Shown here: piece after piece, positions 9,449-19,247 of the stretch | Layout of the letters: each line of letters starts with the position of its first letter | How positions within the stretch are numbered: the first letter of the stretch is position 1 | Made by a program: the position numbers and the translations under genes | NCBI GenBank assembly: GCA_018649725.1 | Contig: JABIHH010000052.1 | Location: 37,406-101,405 of the forward strand | DNA: 64,000 nucleotides | Direction: 5' to 3' | DNA from: Rhodospirillaceae bacterium | Lineage (GTDB): Bacteria; Pseudomonadota; Alphaproteobacteria; Rhodospirillales; UBA2165 | The notes under the pieces: generated by a model | Seen by the model: only the letters and a program-made list of their open reading frames with translations | The model's database searches: none | Told to the model about the DNA's origin: nothing

Positions 9449-10066
9449 ATGATTTACGAATTTCGAACCTATGACCTTCAGCCGGGCTCTGTGCCGGAAG
9501 TGATGAAGCGTTTCGAGGAAGCTTACGAAAAGCGCAAAGAGTTCTCAGAATTAGCTGCCTTTTTCTACACCGAAATTGGCCCGCTCAACCAAATTATCCA
9601 TATCTGGCCCTATGAAGATGTTAACCAGCGCCAGGAAATTCGCGCCGAAGCCGTAAAATCTGGCGTCTGGCCGCCAAATATCGCTGAGTTTATTCAACAC
9701 CAGCATGTCGAGATCATGATGCCCTGGTCTTTCTCGCCGGAATTAACACCCGGCAATCACGGACCTTTTTATGAAATGCGGAGCTATATCTGCAAACCCG
9801 GCTCGATCCCGGCAACTCAGGAACGCTGGCAGACCAAACTTGAAGAGCGCACCAAAATGTCACCGTTGGGTGCCGTTTTTAGTGTCGATATTGGAACAGC
9901 GCTCAAGATTGTCCATCTTTGGCCCTATCAGGACTTAAAACAGCGCAGTGATGTTCGGGGCGAAGCAGCCGAAAAAGGCATTTGGCCACCCAAAGGCGGT
10001 GGTCCCGGCTTCTTTTCACAGGAAAATAAAATATTGCTGCCTGCATCTTTTTCACCGATGCAGTAA
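9449..10066 (+). CDS. NIPSNAP family protein (two tandem NIPSNAP domains)
   Basis: MIYEFRTYDLQPGS... is repeated internally as FYEMRSYICKPGS. Both halves contain HLWPY/HIWPYED motifs. Confidence 0.85.
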   Translation: MIYEFRTYDLQPGSVPEVMKRFEEAYEKRKEFSELAAFFYTEIGPLNQIIHIWPYEDVNQRQEIRAEAVKSGVWPPNIAEFIQHQHVEIMMPWSFSPELTPGNHGPFYEMRSYICKPGSIPATQERWQTKLEERTKMSPLGAVFSVDIGTALKIVHLWPYQDLKQRSDVRGEAAEKGIWPPKGGGPGFFSQENKILLPASFSPMQ

Positions 10067-10090
10067 AAAATTAAAAAGAAACAAAATATA

Positions 10091-10121
10091 GGGGGCCGTC
10101 TGGTGATGGCCCCTTTGCTTT
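10091..10121. terminator. bidirectional rho-independent terminator between convergent genes
   Basis: GGGGGCC (10091-10097), a 10-nt loop, GGCCCC (10108-10113), then TTTGCTTT. An A-rich tract on the other side lets it serve both strands. Confidence 0.7.
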
Positions 10122-10332
10122 ACCCGACAACAAGTGTTTGCGGCATTACTTTTCTAATTCGGGCAAGGTGCTTGGCGACCGGATCAAATTTCCGCCACCG
10201 TTCTTGTTCTGCATAAGCTTGCCGGTAGGCACTCGTTTTTGAGGGATGAACACCCATGACCTGCTCGGCATTGGCGCTGTCGGTTACAACCCAGTTTTTA
10301 TTCGCACATTCGTATCTAACTGAATAACGCAT
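10120..10332 (-). CDS. hypothetical small protein (70 aa)
   Basis: AGGAGA RBS 7 nt upstream of ATG 10332, and the gene ends at the shared terminator. I recognise no motif with confidence, only a weak DUF2188-like feel. Confidence 0.55.
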   Translation of the reverse strand: MRYSVRYECANKNWVVTDSANAEQVMGVHPSKTSAYRQAYAEQERWRKFDPVAKHLARIRKVMPQTLVVG

Positions 10333-10403
10333 TCTGCGATCTCCTATGGATAGCCTTGAGCTAATCTAGAAGAAACTTCTTTATAAAAAATGAATAAAAA
10401 TCA

Positions 10404-11072
10404 TCAGTTGTCAGAAGGTGAATTTCCAAGACTAAGCGTAATCGCCTGTTCTTTTCCTCCGCGAACCGTCTCTACCGGATGTTTCGCATTTGAGAACACG
10501 CGACGAATGCCTCGCCAAATTTTGGGCAAAAGCCAAATTGCAAAAATAACAAAAATGCCAAATCCGAAAATAAAAACCACGGGCTTAAAAATCGCAATTG
10601 AAAGGCCTAAGAAAACCAACACATCCTCAAAAATAGAAGCCGCCCAATTGCTGGCAGGTTCGGGCGAGGTATTTATCATCGCGCGCGCACCGGCTTTGGT
10701 GAGATGAGCACCCGCCGCGATCGAGCCGCCCAACAACAAGGCTAAGCCGGTTTGAACTTCAGAACCCATACCCGTATCAAGCCCGCCAACGGCCCCAGCT
10801 GCCATGAGCGCGCCGGCAGGAATTCTAATAAATGTCTGTATCGCATCCCACATTGAATCGATACCAGGAAATTTATCGGCAAGGAATTCAACCGCATACA
10901 TGAAAATCGCGACACCCAATACCCAGGGGCTGGACAAAACTTGCAGATTATCGGGGAGAGTAATGACGCCTAACAAATCAAGCAGGCCAAGCAAGGCCGC
11001 AGTAGCGTACAAATTGAGGCCACTTGCCCAAGATGCGCCTAGCGCCAATGTCAAAGTTTCTAAAACGCCCAT
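10404..11072 (-). CDS. DUF4126 domain-containing membrane protein
   Basis: N-terminus MGVLETLTLALGASWASGLNLYATAALLGLL and multiple Gly-rich TM helices are characteristic of DUF4126. Confidence 0.75.
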   Translation of the reverse strand: MGVLETLTLALGASWASGLNLYATAALLGLLDLLGVITLPDNLQVLSSPWVLGVAIFMYAVEFLADKFPGIDSMWDAIQTFIRIPAGALMAAGAVGGLDTGMGSEVQTGLALLLGGSIAAGAHLTKAGARAMINTSPEPASNWAASIFEDVLVFLGLSIAIFKPVVFIFGFGIFVIFAIWLLPKIWRGIRRVFSNAKHPVETVRGGKEQAITLSLGNSPSDN

Positions 11073-11148
11073 TCTAGCTCCCTCTAGACATATTTAGTTC
11101 AGATTGATGCTGTGTCCAGAGGAATTGTGGCAAATGAACGCTTATTGA

Positions 11149-14100
11149 TTAGCCAAGGATTTCAATGAGCGTGCGTGATAGCTCATCCGCGCGAAACGGT
11201 TTGTTGATAATCGGAAACTGAATTTTATCATCTTCATCTAACAACGCACTTTGATCGGCATAACCGGTCATCAAAAGCACATTAATTTCAGGGGCGATTT
11301 CACGGGTGTGTTTGGCAACCATTGGACCGGAAATTCCGTTTGGCAAAACAACGTCACTCAACAGCATGTCAAAGCTCTGAATGTCTTCCGATGCCATATC
11401 ATAAAGCTGTCTTCCATCACCGCAATCGTAAGGCTTATAACCCAGGCGCGCCAACAAACTCAAGGTCATGTCGCGTACGTCCGGATCATCTTCAACAACC
11501 AGAATTTTTTCACCCTGCCCCAACATCAATTCCCGCGTGTTCTCCGCCTCAGAAACACGTTTCACCTCCCCTTCGAAACGAGGCAGATAAAGCGAAACTT
11601 TTGTTCCTCTCTCCAAGGCACTTTCGATTTCAATAGCACCGCCCGATTGAGAGACGAAACCATAGACCATACTTAAGCCAAGGCCACTGCCGCGGCCAAC
11701 ATCTTTGGTCGTAAAAAACGGCTCAAACACACGCTCGAGATGCTCCGGAGATATGCCATTTCCCGTATCGGAAATCTCGACACAGACACAGTCGCCAAGC
11801 GCTTTTTCGGTCAATTCGAGCTTTGCCAGCTTGCCAGCGGAAATGTTTTTGCAGTCTAGGGTCAAAGTCCCTCCAACCGGCATCGCGTCACGGGCATTAA
11901 TCGATAGGTTAAGGATAGCATTTTCCATCAGATTGATATCCACCTGGACGGGCCATAAATCGGCTTCGGTGGTGTGTTTTATCGTTACGTGTTCACCCAA
12001 TGTGCGTTCGAGCAAATCCTGCATCTCCCTAACCAAATCGTTGAGATAAGCCGGCTTGGGATTCAAGTTTTGTTTACGGGAGAAAGCAAGCAATCGACGG
12101 GTGAGCTCAGCCCCTCTTAATACGGATATCTTTGCCCGATTGATACGGCTGGTCAATTTCTCATCGCTTGACCATTTTTGTAGGACGAGTTCCAAATTTC
12201 CCAGTACCGCCGACAAAATATTGTTAAAATCATGCGCAATGCCGCCGGTCAATTGTCCGACGGCTTCCATTTTAAGAGCTTGATGGAGTTGGTCTTCACG
12301 ATGTTTTTCATCCGTGACATCCGTATGAAATACAATTCTTCTTCCATTGGCTAAGGCTTCCCGGCGCGCTTGATATAAACGACCGTCCTTAACAAAGATT
12401 TCAACGATGGTATTTTGACTTTGATCCGGATTTTCTTGTTCATCAGGCCCATTTTCTGAATCCTTCGGGTTATACAAGCTATATCCGAGCTCTCGGCGCT
12501 TTTCGATATATTTCGTTCGAGAAATATTTGGCTCCGCAAATTTTGCCATATCTGGAAACATCTCAAGATAACGGGAATTTCGCATAACCAATCGATCCGA
12601 TGAATCCCACAGAACAATTCCCTCGGAAACATTCTCCATCGCTTCACCGAAGATTTCCTGCACACCGCGCACGGCTTCACGGGCTTCAACTTCATCGGTT
12701 TCATCAAACGTCGTGCCTCGATATCCCCTAAAATCACCATTTTCATCGAATATCGGATTACCATTTACGCGTAAATATCGTCGGCGTCCTGTTTCGTCGG
12801 ATCGAGAATAGCGAAAATCGCGAAATGGATGACGGGCATCAAGCTCAGACCGATGAGCTGCCCAGATTAAATTATGCTGATCGATTTCTTCTGATTCCCA
12901 CCGCGTTTTCCCGAGCATGGGCGGAAAATCATTGGCGAAGGAGGAAGAAAAATAGATAAAACGGTGGTCAATATCAGTCTCCCACAAATCATCAGCAGCC
13001 GTGCTGGCAAAATCCCGGAACCGTCGCTCGCTTAACTCCAACTCGCGTGAATTTCTTTTCAGATCCGTAATATCCTCGGTCATAACCATGGCCACGTTTG
13101 GCGGGCAGTACGCAAAGGTAAGAATCTGTTCCTGGATTTTACCGCTGGTATAAAAGCTGTGCGTATTTTCCTTGGCAAATGTTTCCTTCAGAGCGATGCA
13201 TCTTTTCATCTCTTCCAAAATATCAGGGCGGGCACTGTTAAAGACCGAATGCTTAACACCTAATACTTCGGCGATTTTACCATCGGTCGCAATCAGTGCG
13301 GCTTCGTTATAATCAAATAATTCAAAATCATCCCCCACTTGGCGCCAACAATTGATGGGGACCGGAATAGATTTAAAGAGAGCGCGACGCTGAGCCTCGG
13401 TGAGCCTTAGTTGCTCTTCAGCATTTTTCCGATCCGTAATATCCTGTACCGTTCCAATAATTTTTATAACCTCGTCAAATTCATTTTTAACCGGACGAAG
13501 TGAGACAAAATGATGGACATGGCGACCACTCGGTAGGGTGAGGGAATAATCATCTTCAGAACCGCGGCCATGCTTAAGAGCTTGCGTCATATTTGAGACA
13601 AACCGCTCACGACTTTCAAACTGTAAATATGTATGAACGTCTTTTTCTCTGAGGGGACCGAGTGCCGGGTCCCGCTCCATTAACCGATAGATCTCATCAG
13701 ACCAGGTTACTTTGTTGTTTTTAAAATCCCGCTCCCAACTACCGAACCGTCCGGTTCTTTGGGCCTCTCGTAACGCCTCTTCACTTTGCCGCAGAGTTTC
13801 CTCAATCTTATTATGCCAAACTTGAGTATTTAAAATGGCATCGGCGAGGGGATATAACAGCATCAGAATAAACGGCATCGTCAAAACTGACGTTTGTAAG
13901 AGTTGCAGGCCCAGCTTTACATCGGGCAATAAGAGCGCTGTCGGAGAAATTAGGACGCCCATAACAATGCCGCACAAAGCCAATTTACTGAAACGAAGCT
14001 TACGATCGTCACCGAGGGGGAACTTGACCAAAATAAGGCCCAAAATAACGGGCAGTATTAACGCGGTAATTCCAGCAAGAGTTCCCGCGCCGCCAATATG

Positions 14101-14388
14101 TACTCGATAGGCTCCCGCAATCACACCGGCAACAAGGGGAGCCAAATACCCTCCGAAAGGACCGGACAGGGCGATTAAAATGGCACGACTATCGTAAAAT
14201 ATCCCTTCGGCAAATTGAATGGGCACCATCATGGAAATTAAAGTGGCTGCACCAAATAAGATACCAAGAAACACCTGTTCGCTAATTTTGCCGTTGCCAA
14301 TCAAGCGTAATGGTAGCCTGCCGATGAGGAACGCAAGCACCAGCAACAGGGCAAAATTCTCGATCAAGGAGATGATAATTTGTGGCAC
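11149..14388 (-). CDS. hybrid sensor histidine kinase/response regulator (5TMR-LYT membrane module, multiple PAS, HisKA, HATPase_c, REC)
   Basis: 1079 aa with a LytS/YhcK-type 5TM N-terminus and several PAS-like blocks. H-box GGIAHDFNNILSAV; N/G boxes NARDAMP, DTGNGI, GSGLGL. C-terminal receiver ILVVEDDPDVRD...LLSDVVLP. Confidence 0.9.
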   Translation of the reverse strand: MPQIIISLIENFALLLVLAFLIGRLPLRLIGNGKISEQVFLGILFGAATLISMMVPIQFAEGIFYDSRAILIALSGPFGGYLAPLVAGVIAGAYRVHIGGAGTLAGITALILPVILGLILVKFPLGDDRKLRFSKLALCGIVMGVLISPTALLLPDVKLGLQLLQTSVLTMPFILMLLYPLADAILNTQVWHNKIEETLRQSEEALREAQRTGRFGSWERDFKNNKVTWSDEIYRLMERDPALGPLREKDVHTYLQFESRERFVSNMTQALKHGRGSEDDYSLTLPSGRHVHHFVSLRPVKNEFDEVIKIIGTVQDITDRKNAEEQLRLTEAQRRALFKSIPVPINCWRQVGDDFELFDYNEAALIATDGKIAEVLGVKHSVFNSARPDILEEMKRCIALKETFAKENTHSFYTSGKIQEQILTFAYCPPNVAMVMTEDITDLKRNSRELELSERRFRDFASTAADDLWETDIDHRFIYFSSSFANDFPPMLGKTRWESEEIDQHNLIWAAHRSELDARHPFRDFRYSRSDETGRRRYLRVNGNPIFDENGDFRGYRGTTFDETDEVEAREAVRGVQEIFGEAMENVSEGIVLWDSSDRLVMRNSRYLEMFPDMAKFAEPNISRTKYIEKRRELGYSLYNPKDSENGPDEQENPDQSQNTIVEIFVKDGRLYQARREALANGRRIVFHTDVTDEKHREDQLHQALKMEAVGQLTGGIAHDFNNILSAVLGNLELVLQKWSSDEKLTSRINRAKISVLRGAELTRRLLAFSRKQNLNPKPAYLNDLVREMQDLLERTLGEHVTIKHTTEADLWPVQVDINLMENAILNLSINARDAMPVGGTLTLDCKNISAGKLAKLELTEKALGDCVCVEISDTGNGISPEHLERVFEPFFTTKDVGRGSGLGLSMVYGFVSQSGGAIEIESALERGTKVSLYLPRFEGEVKRVSEAENTRELMLGQGEKILVVEDDPDVRDMTLSLLARLGYKPYDCGDGRQLYDMASEDIQSFDMLLSDVVLPNGISGPMVAKHTREIAPEINVLLMTGYADQSALLDEDDKIQFPIINKPFRADELSRTLIEILG

Positions 14389-14497
14389 GGTTTCACCAAT
14401 TAAAACTATAGCCTTATCATATGGCTATTCTCAGCCAATTTTAAAGACCATAGAGGTTAATTTATAACCAAATTTAACGTGTAAATCGTAGCGAAGC

Positions 14498-14896
14498 TTA
14501 AGCCTGACCGCTATCCGCGAAACGCTTATAGGCCATGTCCTCGATCAGGATATGATTATTCCACCAATCGTGCAGAAATTTGGCCGTAACTTCGACAACA
14601 CTCACTTCACCTTTTTCGCACTGGTCGCGAATATAGGTCAGCTGGTCGAGCATTTCATGATGGCGTCGACGATGATCCTCCATGCGAGGGAAACCGATCT
14701 CTGTCATATACTCTTCTTCGGCTTTGAAATGAGATTGTGAATAATCGCCGAGTTGATCAATGATGAAACGCACGGTTTTGAGGTCCAGACCAGAATCTGA
14801 TTGGGTTAAATAGGTATCGATCAAGTTGAGAATAATGACGTGATCGTCATCGAATTTTGCAACGCCGACGCTGTACTCATTTTTCCAATTCATCAA
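14498..14896 (-). CDS. bacteriohemerythrin (hemerythrin-like metal-binding protein)
   Basis: W(K)NEYSVGVAKFDDDH start, HFKAEEEYM, and RRRHHEMLD...HDWWNNHILIEDMAY carry the His/Glu diiron ligand pattern. Confidence 0.9.
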   Translation of the reverse strand: MMNWKNEYSVGVAKFDDDHVIILNLIDTYLTQSDSGLDLKTVRFIIDQLGDYSQSHFKAEEEYMTEIGFPRMEDHRRRHHEMLDQLTYIRDQCEKGEVSVVEVTAKFLHDWWNNHILIEDMAYKRFADSGQA

Positions 14897-14952
14897 TCAA
14901 CCTCCAACCAAAAATGTTAAGATTAATCTATAGCGTCTTAAAATCCGCGCCT

Positions 14953-14964
14953 TGATCTAGATCA
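14953..14964. promoter_or_regulatory. perfect 12-bp palindrome TGATCTAGATCA upstream of the hemerythrin-kinase operon (candidate operator)
   Basis: Read directly, about 57-68 nt upstream of the hemerythrin start. It is flanked by a second inverted pair, CTTGAT (14951-56) and ATCAAG (14972-77). I recognise no matching regulator family. Confidence 0.3.
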
Positions 14965-14992
14965 GATACTTATCAAGAAGTTACTCTGGTAT

Positions 14993-16429
14993 TTATTGGG
15001 GCAATAGCTTTCCTGGATTCATAATGCCCTTCGGATCAAGTGTCGCCTTGATTTGCAGCATGACGGCCAAAGCCACCGGGTCCTTATAGTTCGTCATAGC
15101 ATAGAGCTTGCTTGTGCCGATGCCATGCTCTGCGCTAAACGAGCCACCAAAATCACCAATAGCAGCATAGACGGCGGCTTTAATTTCATCCGCCTTTGCC
15201 ATCATTTCATCCGCCTGACCTTCTGGCGGATAGATTGAATAATGAAGATTACCATCACCCAAATGTCCCATATGGCACATCCGAAGGCCGGGCAAGATAG
15301 CCTCTGACTGGCGTGTCATTTCATCGACAAAGGCATGAACTTGATCAAGCGGCAGAGATATATCAAAGCCAATACGGGCACCGGCAGCCGTCACAATTTC
15401 CAAAGCCCCTTCCCTCATATCCCACATTTCGCGCCGTTGAGCCTCAGAGGAAGCGATTACGGCATCCAGCACACTACCGTCCTCAAATCCGGCCTCAAGT
15501 ATTTTTTCCAGCTTTTCTGAAACCGGCGTGGCCCCTCCTTCGCTCGCAATAGACTCCGCATCGGATGTTGCAGCGATCTCAATCAATACGCACAATTCAG
15601 GAATTTCCTTAAATGGAATGGTATGTTGCGGCCCATATTTTTGCACCATCTCCAGGAAGACGCGTGGGATCAACTCAAAGGCTTCGACCGCACCGCCGGT
15701 TTCTGCTTGCGCGCGGTTGAGCAATTCCAGGCCACGGCTGATATCCGGCACCACCGCGAAAGTCGTCGCCCGTGCTTTGGGCAAATGAAACAGCTTCATG
15801 GTCGCCACCGTAATAATGCCAAGCGTGCCCTCTGAGCCGATAAATAAATCGCGTAGATCATAGCCGGTATTGTCTTTGCGTAAGCCCGACAACAGATTAA
15901 CGATCCGACCATCCGGCATCACCGCTTCAATGCCGAGACAGAGCTCGCGGGTATTGCCGTAGCGCACGACATTTTGACCGCCGGCATTGGTCGCCAAATT
16001 GCCGCCGATCATGCAGCTTCCCTTGGCGCCAAAATTAAGTGGGAAAAAAAGATCCTGCGCTTCAACCGTTTGATGAAGAGTCTCCAACACACAGCCGGCT
16101 TCCACGGTCATGGTCATCGCCGATGGGCTAACATCTCTAATCTTGTTCATGCGTTCCAATGATAGGACGATAGCCGTGCCGCTATCATCGGGGACAGAGC
16201 CACCGGCAACGCTGGTATTACCACTTTGCGGCACGACCGGCGTCGCGGTTTCAAAGGCCAATTTCATTACAGCTGCGACGTCCGTAGTATTTGTCGGCCG
16301 AACGACAGCTAGCGCCCGGCCAGTCATCGTACCCGGCCAATCAGTGATGTATTTCGCCATATCTTGATCGTCGGTGAGCACCGTTGCGCTGTCAAATTGT
16401 GACTTCAATTCCGTTATGATATCGATCAT
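14993..16429 (-). CDS. FAD-binding oxidoreductase (GlcD / D-lactate / D-2-hydroxyacid dehydrogenase family)
   Basis: 478 aa with an FAD_binding_4-type N-terminal half (VVPQSGNTSVAGGSVP, GGNLATNAGG). The C-terminal FAD-oxidase_C half ends DPKGIMNPGKLL. Confidence 0.85.
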   Translation of the reverse strand: MIDIITELKSQFDSATVLTDDQDMAKYITDWPGTMTGRALAVVRPTNTTDVAAVMKLAFETATPVVPQSGNTSVAGGSVPDDSGTAIVLSLERMNKIRDVSPSAMTMTVEAGCVLETLHQTVEAQDLFFPLNFGAKGSCMIGGNLATNAGGQNVVRYGNTRELCLGIEAVMPDGRIVNLLSGLRKDNTGYDLRDLFIGSEGTLGIITVATMKLFHLPKARATTFAVVPDISRGLELLNRAQAETGGAVEAFELIPRVFLEMVQKYGPQHTIPFKEIPELCVLIEIAATSDAESIASEGGATPVSEKLEKILEAGFEDGSVLDAVIASSEAQRREMWDMREGALEIVTAAGARIGFDISLPLDQVHAFVDEMTRQSEAILPGLRMCHMGHLGDGNLHYSIYPPEGQADEMMAKADEIKAAVYAAIGDFGGSFSAEHGIGTSKLYAMTNYKDPVALAVMLQIKATLDPKGIMNPGKLLPQ

Positions 16430-16558
16430 ACTTGTTGCCCTTTGGTTTATAGTTCAAGGTACCAACTATAAGAATTCGGAAGAGAATGGCAATGTTGTGA
16501 ACCTAGCAATTGACCGGCCCTTCCCATTTTCACGCGATTAATGTTGTAGGGTTCTATT

Positions 16559-16984
16559 TTGCCACATCGAATTAAAATTGAGCATGAATTGAATTGTGTA
16601 TTCATCCAACATTATGGCGATGTGGATGCCGAAGAGGTTTTGGAGCAAGTTAAAGCACTCGGCAATGATCCGAATTTCTCTCAAGGAATGAATCTGTTGC
16701 GAGATTTCTCACAAACCAAACTTCCCGCCAATTACGGCCTTGATCGGTTCAAGACCGGCTACGACCGCTGGATCAAAAACAATGACCAATTATTGGGGTC
16801 ACGGCGTAAAGTTGCCTGGGTGCTGAAGGACAAGGAAGACTTTATAACCATTCATCAGTTTTGCGTCGTTACAAGACTGAACAACATGGTCGCAGATAGA
16901 AAACCTTTTCGCGACATGGCAAACGCGCGTAAATTCCTCGAGATTCCCGACGAATATGTCATTGAATACCCCAAGCTTCCATAA
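16559..16984 (+). CDS. hypothetical protein (141 aa), immediately upstream of selU
   Basis: TTG start; the stop lies 18 nt before the selU ATG. No motif recognised. The alternating beta/alpha pattern is vaguely SpoIIAA/STAS-like, which is only an impression. Confidence 0.5.
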   Translation: MPHRIKIEHELNCVFIQHYGDVDAEEVLEQVKALGNDPNFSQGMNLLRDFSQTKLPANYGLDRFKTGYDRWIKNNDQLLGSRRKVAWVLKDKEDFITIHQFCVVTRLNNMVADRKPFRDMANARKFLEIPDEYVIEYPKLP

Positions 16985-17002
16985 AATAGGAAATGGCCGA
17001 TA

Positions 17003-18061
17003 ATGGGCGCACCGATAACCGAGACAAAGAAATGGCAGTCGGCTGAGTACGACATGGTCATCGATGTGCGCTCGCCAAGCGAATTTGCCGACGATCATAT
17101 CCCGGGCGCGGTCAGCATGCCGGTCATGTCTGATGCTGAGCGTGCCGAAATTGGTACCGTCTATAAACAACGCTCTGCCTTCCTTGCCCGTAAAAAAGGC
17201 TCGGCTCTGGTTGCCCGCAACATTGCTGACCATCTCGAAACCAAACTGCATGACATGCCACCGAATTTTACTCCGCTGATCCATTGTTGGCGGGGCGGCC
17301 AAAGGTCGAAGGCTTTTGCCCAGATTTGCAGTGAGATCGGCTGGCAGACCTATACGTTGAAAGGCGGCTATAAAAGCTATCGTCGGGACGTGCTGCAAGG
17401 ACTTGAAGAGCTGCCCGCACAGCTGTCTTTCATCGTCATCGCCGGTCGCACGGGCTCGGGTAAAACCGATATCCTGGCTGGCCTTGCCGATCAAGGTGCC
17501 CAGATGCTTGATCTCGAAGAACTCGCCCAGCATCGCGGCTCTTTGCTTGGCCGGATGGTTGATCGCCCGCAACCCAGCCAACGCATGTTCGAGTCGAACC
17601 TTCTCGCAGCCATCCAAAACTTTGACCCTGGCCAGCCGATTTATGTTGAGTCAGAAAGCTCCCGCGTCGGCGATATTCAATTGCCGCCCGTTCTTTGGCA
17701 AAAGATTATTACCGCGCCAATGATTTCAATCGCCACCTCCAGAACAGCACGGGCGACATACTTGCTCTCAGGCTATAAACAACTGACCGAAGATTTATCG
17801 GATTTGCAAAAACTCGTCACCGGCATGACCCATCGCCACGGCCATGAACGCACGGCCATCTGGCAGGGATTAATAGAAGACAAAAACTGGCAGAACCTGG
17901 CAGAAGACCTCTTGGAATGTCATTATGATCCGGCCTATGACAAATCCATCCTTCGCCACGACCGTCCTCTGTTAGCTGAAATCGAACAAATAGACTGCGC
18001 GCCAAGGACCATCAAGGCGACGGCCAGCGAGATTTTAGGTATAGACAATCATCTAAACTAA
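17003..18061 (+). CDS. selU: tRNA 2-selenouridine(34) synthase
   Basis: N-terminal rhodanese domain with active-site loop HCWRGGQRS, followed by P-loop GRTGSGKT. Length (352 aa) and order match MnmH/SelU. Confidence 0.9.
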   Translation: MGAPITETKKWQSAEYDMVIDVRSPSEFADDHIPGAVSMPVMSDAERAEIGTVYKQRSAFLARKKGSALVARNIADHLETKLHDMPPNFTPLIHCWRGGQRSKAFAQICSEIGWQTYTLKGGYKSYRRDVLQGLEELPAQLSFIVIAGRTGSGKTDILAGLADQGAQMLDLEELAQHRGSLLGRMVDRPQPSQRMFESNLLAAIQNFDPGQPIYVESESSRVGDIQLPPVLWQKIITAPMISIATSRTARATYLLSGYKQLTEDLSDLQKLVTGMTHRHGHERTAIWQGLIEDKNWQNLAEDLLECHYDPAYDKSILRHDRPLLAEIEQIDCAPRTIKATASEILGIDNHLN

Positions 18062-18187
18062 GGCCTGCGACACGACTCCTAAAAGTTGACGACATCTAAA
18101 GCAAACGACTAGTTTGACCTTGTATTGCAGCGCCTTAACGGCAATTTTTTTGGGTTCTTTATTCGGAATTATCTCGCGGACGGTACA

Positions 18188-19204
18188 ATGGCAATTCAAT
18201 CAGCCGATCACATTCCAATTTTAGACATTGGCGCATTTTTGAGCGGCGATGAAAGTACAGCGATTGAAGTGGCAAGCCAATTGCGCTGGATCCAGGAAGA
18301 AATTGGCTTTTACTACATCGTTAACCATGGGCTCTCGGCAGAACTTATTCAAAGAGCTATTGAGCAGGTTCGGGGCCTCCATTCACTACCGATGGCCGAT
18401 AAGCTCAAACTGAAGGTCGACGAAGATACCACCGGCTACGTACCCATAAACTCAACCATCTATGTGACGACCGATGCCGGCGATAATGATCAATATGATT
18501 TAAACGAAAATTATCGAATTGTTCGGGAACGCAAAGCTGACCACCCGTCGATCCAAGCCGGCAGACGTTTCACCGGCCCCAACAAATGGCCACCGCAAGA
18601 TCTGCTGCCTGATTTTAAATCCACCATGCTGGAGTATTACAACGCGATGGAAAATCTTGGTCGCGCCCTCTTGCCGCTTTATGCCCGGGCTTTGGATTTA
18701 GCGCCAGACTATTTTGATGAGTTGTTCACCGATCCGACCTGGCTAACCCGCAATGTGCATTACCCAGCGGCCCCCGCCAAAGACAACCAGTTCGGCATCT
18801 CGCCGCATACCGATCATGGTTTCATTACGCTGCTGCCGGTTTCAAAGGTGCCGGGCCTGGAAGTTAAAACTCAAACCGGCGAGTGGATGACCGGCGATTA
18901 TGTTGAGGGTGCCATGATCGTCAACAGTGGCGACTTTATGCAGAAATGGACCAATGGCCGTTTCATCGCGACACCGCACCGTGTCCTGGCCCCCAAAGAA
19001 GAGCGCTATATCTCAGCTTTTTTCTTTAATCCTAATTGGGACGTCCGCTCAGAGCCCCTGCCCAGCTGCGTCAGTGCCGAAGCGCCTGCCCAATTTGACG
19101 TCACAACTTTCCACGAACACCTCTGCAACTATGTCGACCGCAACTACTCAAAATCGTCGGGTGGTCAAGCGGATGAACAGACGAGTGATCCAGCGGTTTC
19201 CTAG
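18188..19204 (+). CDS. 2OG-Fe(II) oxygenase (isopenicillin N synthase family dioxygenase)
   Basis: HTDHG...(H)RV facial triad (SPHTDHGFITLL, TPHRV). N-terminal IPILDIG...GFYYIVNHG is a DIOX_N motif. ATG at 18188 is preferred over the upstream TTG at 18125. Confidence 0.85.
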   Translation: MAIQSADHIPILDIGAFLSGDESTAIEVASQLRWIQEEIGFYYIVNHGLSAELIQRAIEQVRGLHSLPMADKLKLKVDEDTTGYVPINSTIYVTTDAGDNDQYDLNENYRIVRERKADHPSIQAGRRFTGPNKWPPQDLLPDFKSTMLEYYNAMENLGRALLPLYARALDLAPDYFDELFTDPTWLTRNVHYPAAPAKDNQFGISPHTDHGFITLLPVSKVPGLEVKTQTGEWMTGDYVEGAMIVNSGDFMQKWTNGRFIATPHRVLAPKEERYISAFFFNPNWDVRSEPLPSCVSAEAPAQFDVTTFHEHLCNYVDRNYSKSSGGQADEQTSDPAVS

Positions 19205-19247
19205 CTCAGCCATCGCGACCTTTGCGTCCGTGGCTTGCCGCAATAAA

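Noticed and set aside
16799-17617. 272-aa minus-strand ORF overlapping selU and the upstream hypothetical gene
   Set aside because: It is antisense to a confidently identified selU (rhodanese plus P-loop). Its composition is Arg/Ala/Gly-rich, typical of a shadow frame, and it has no recognisable motifs.
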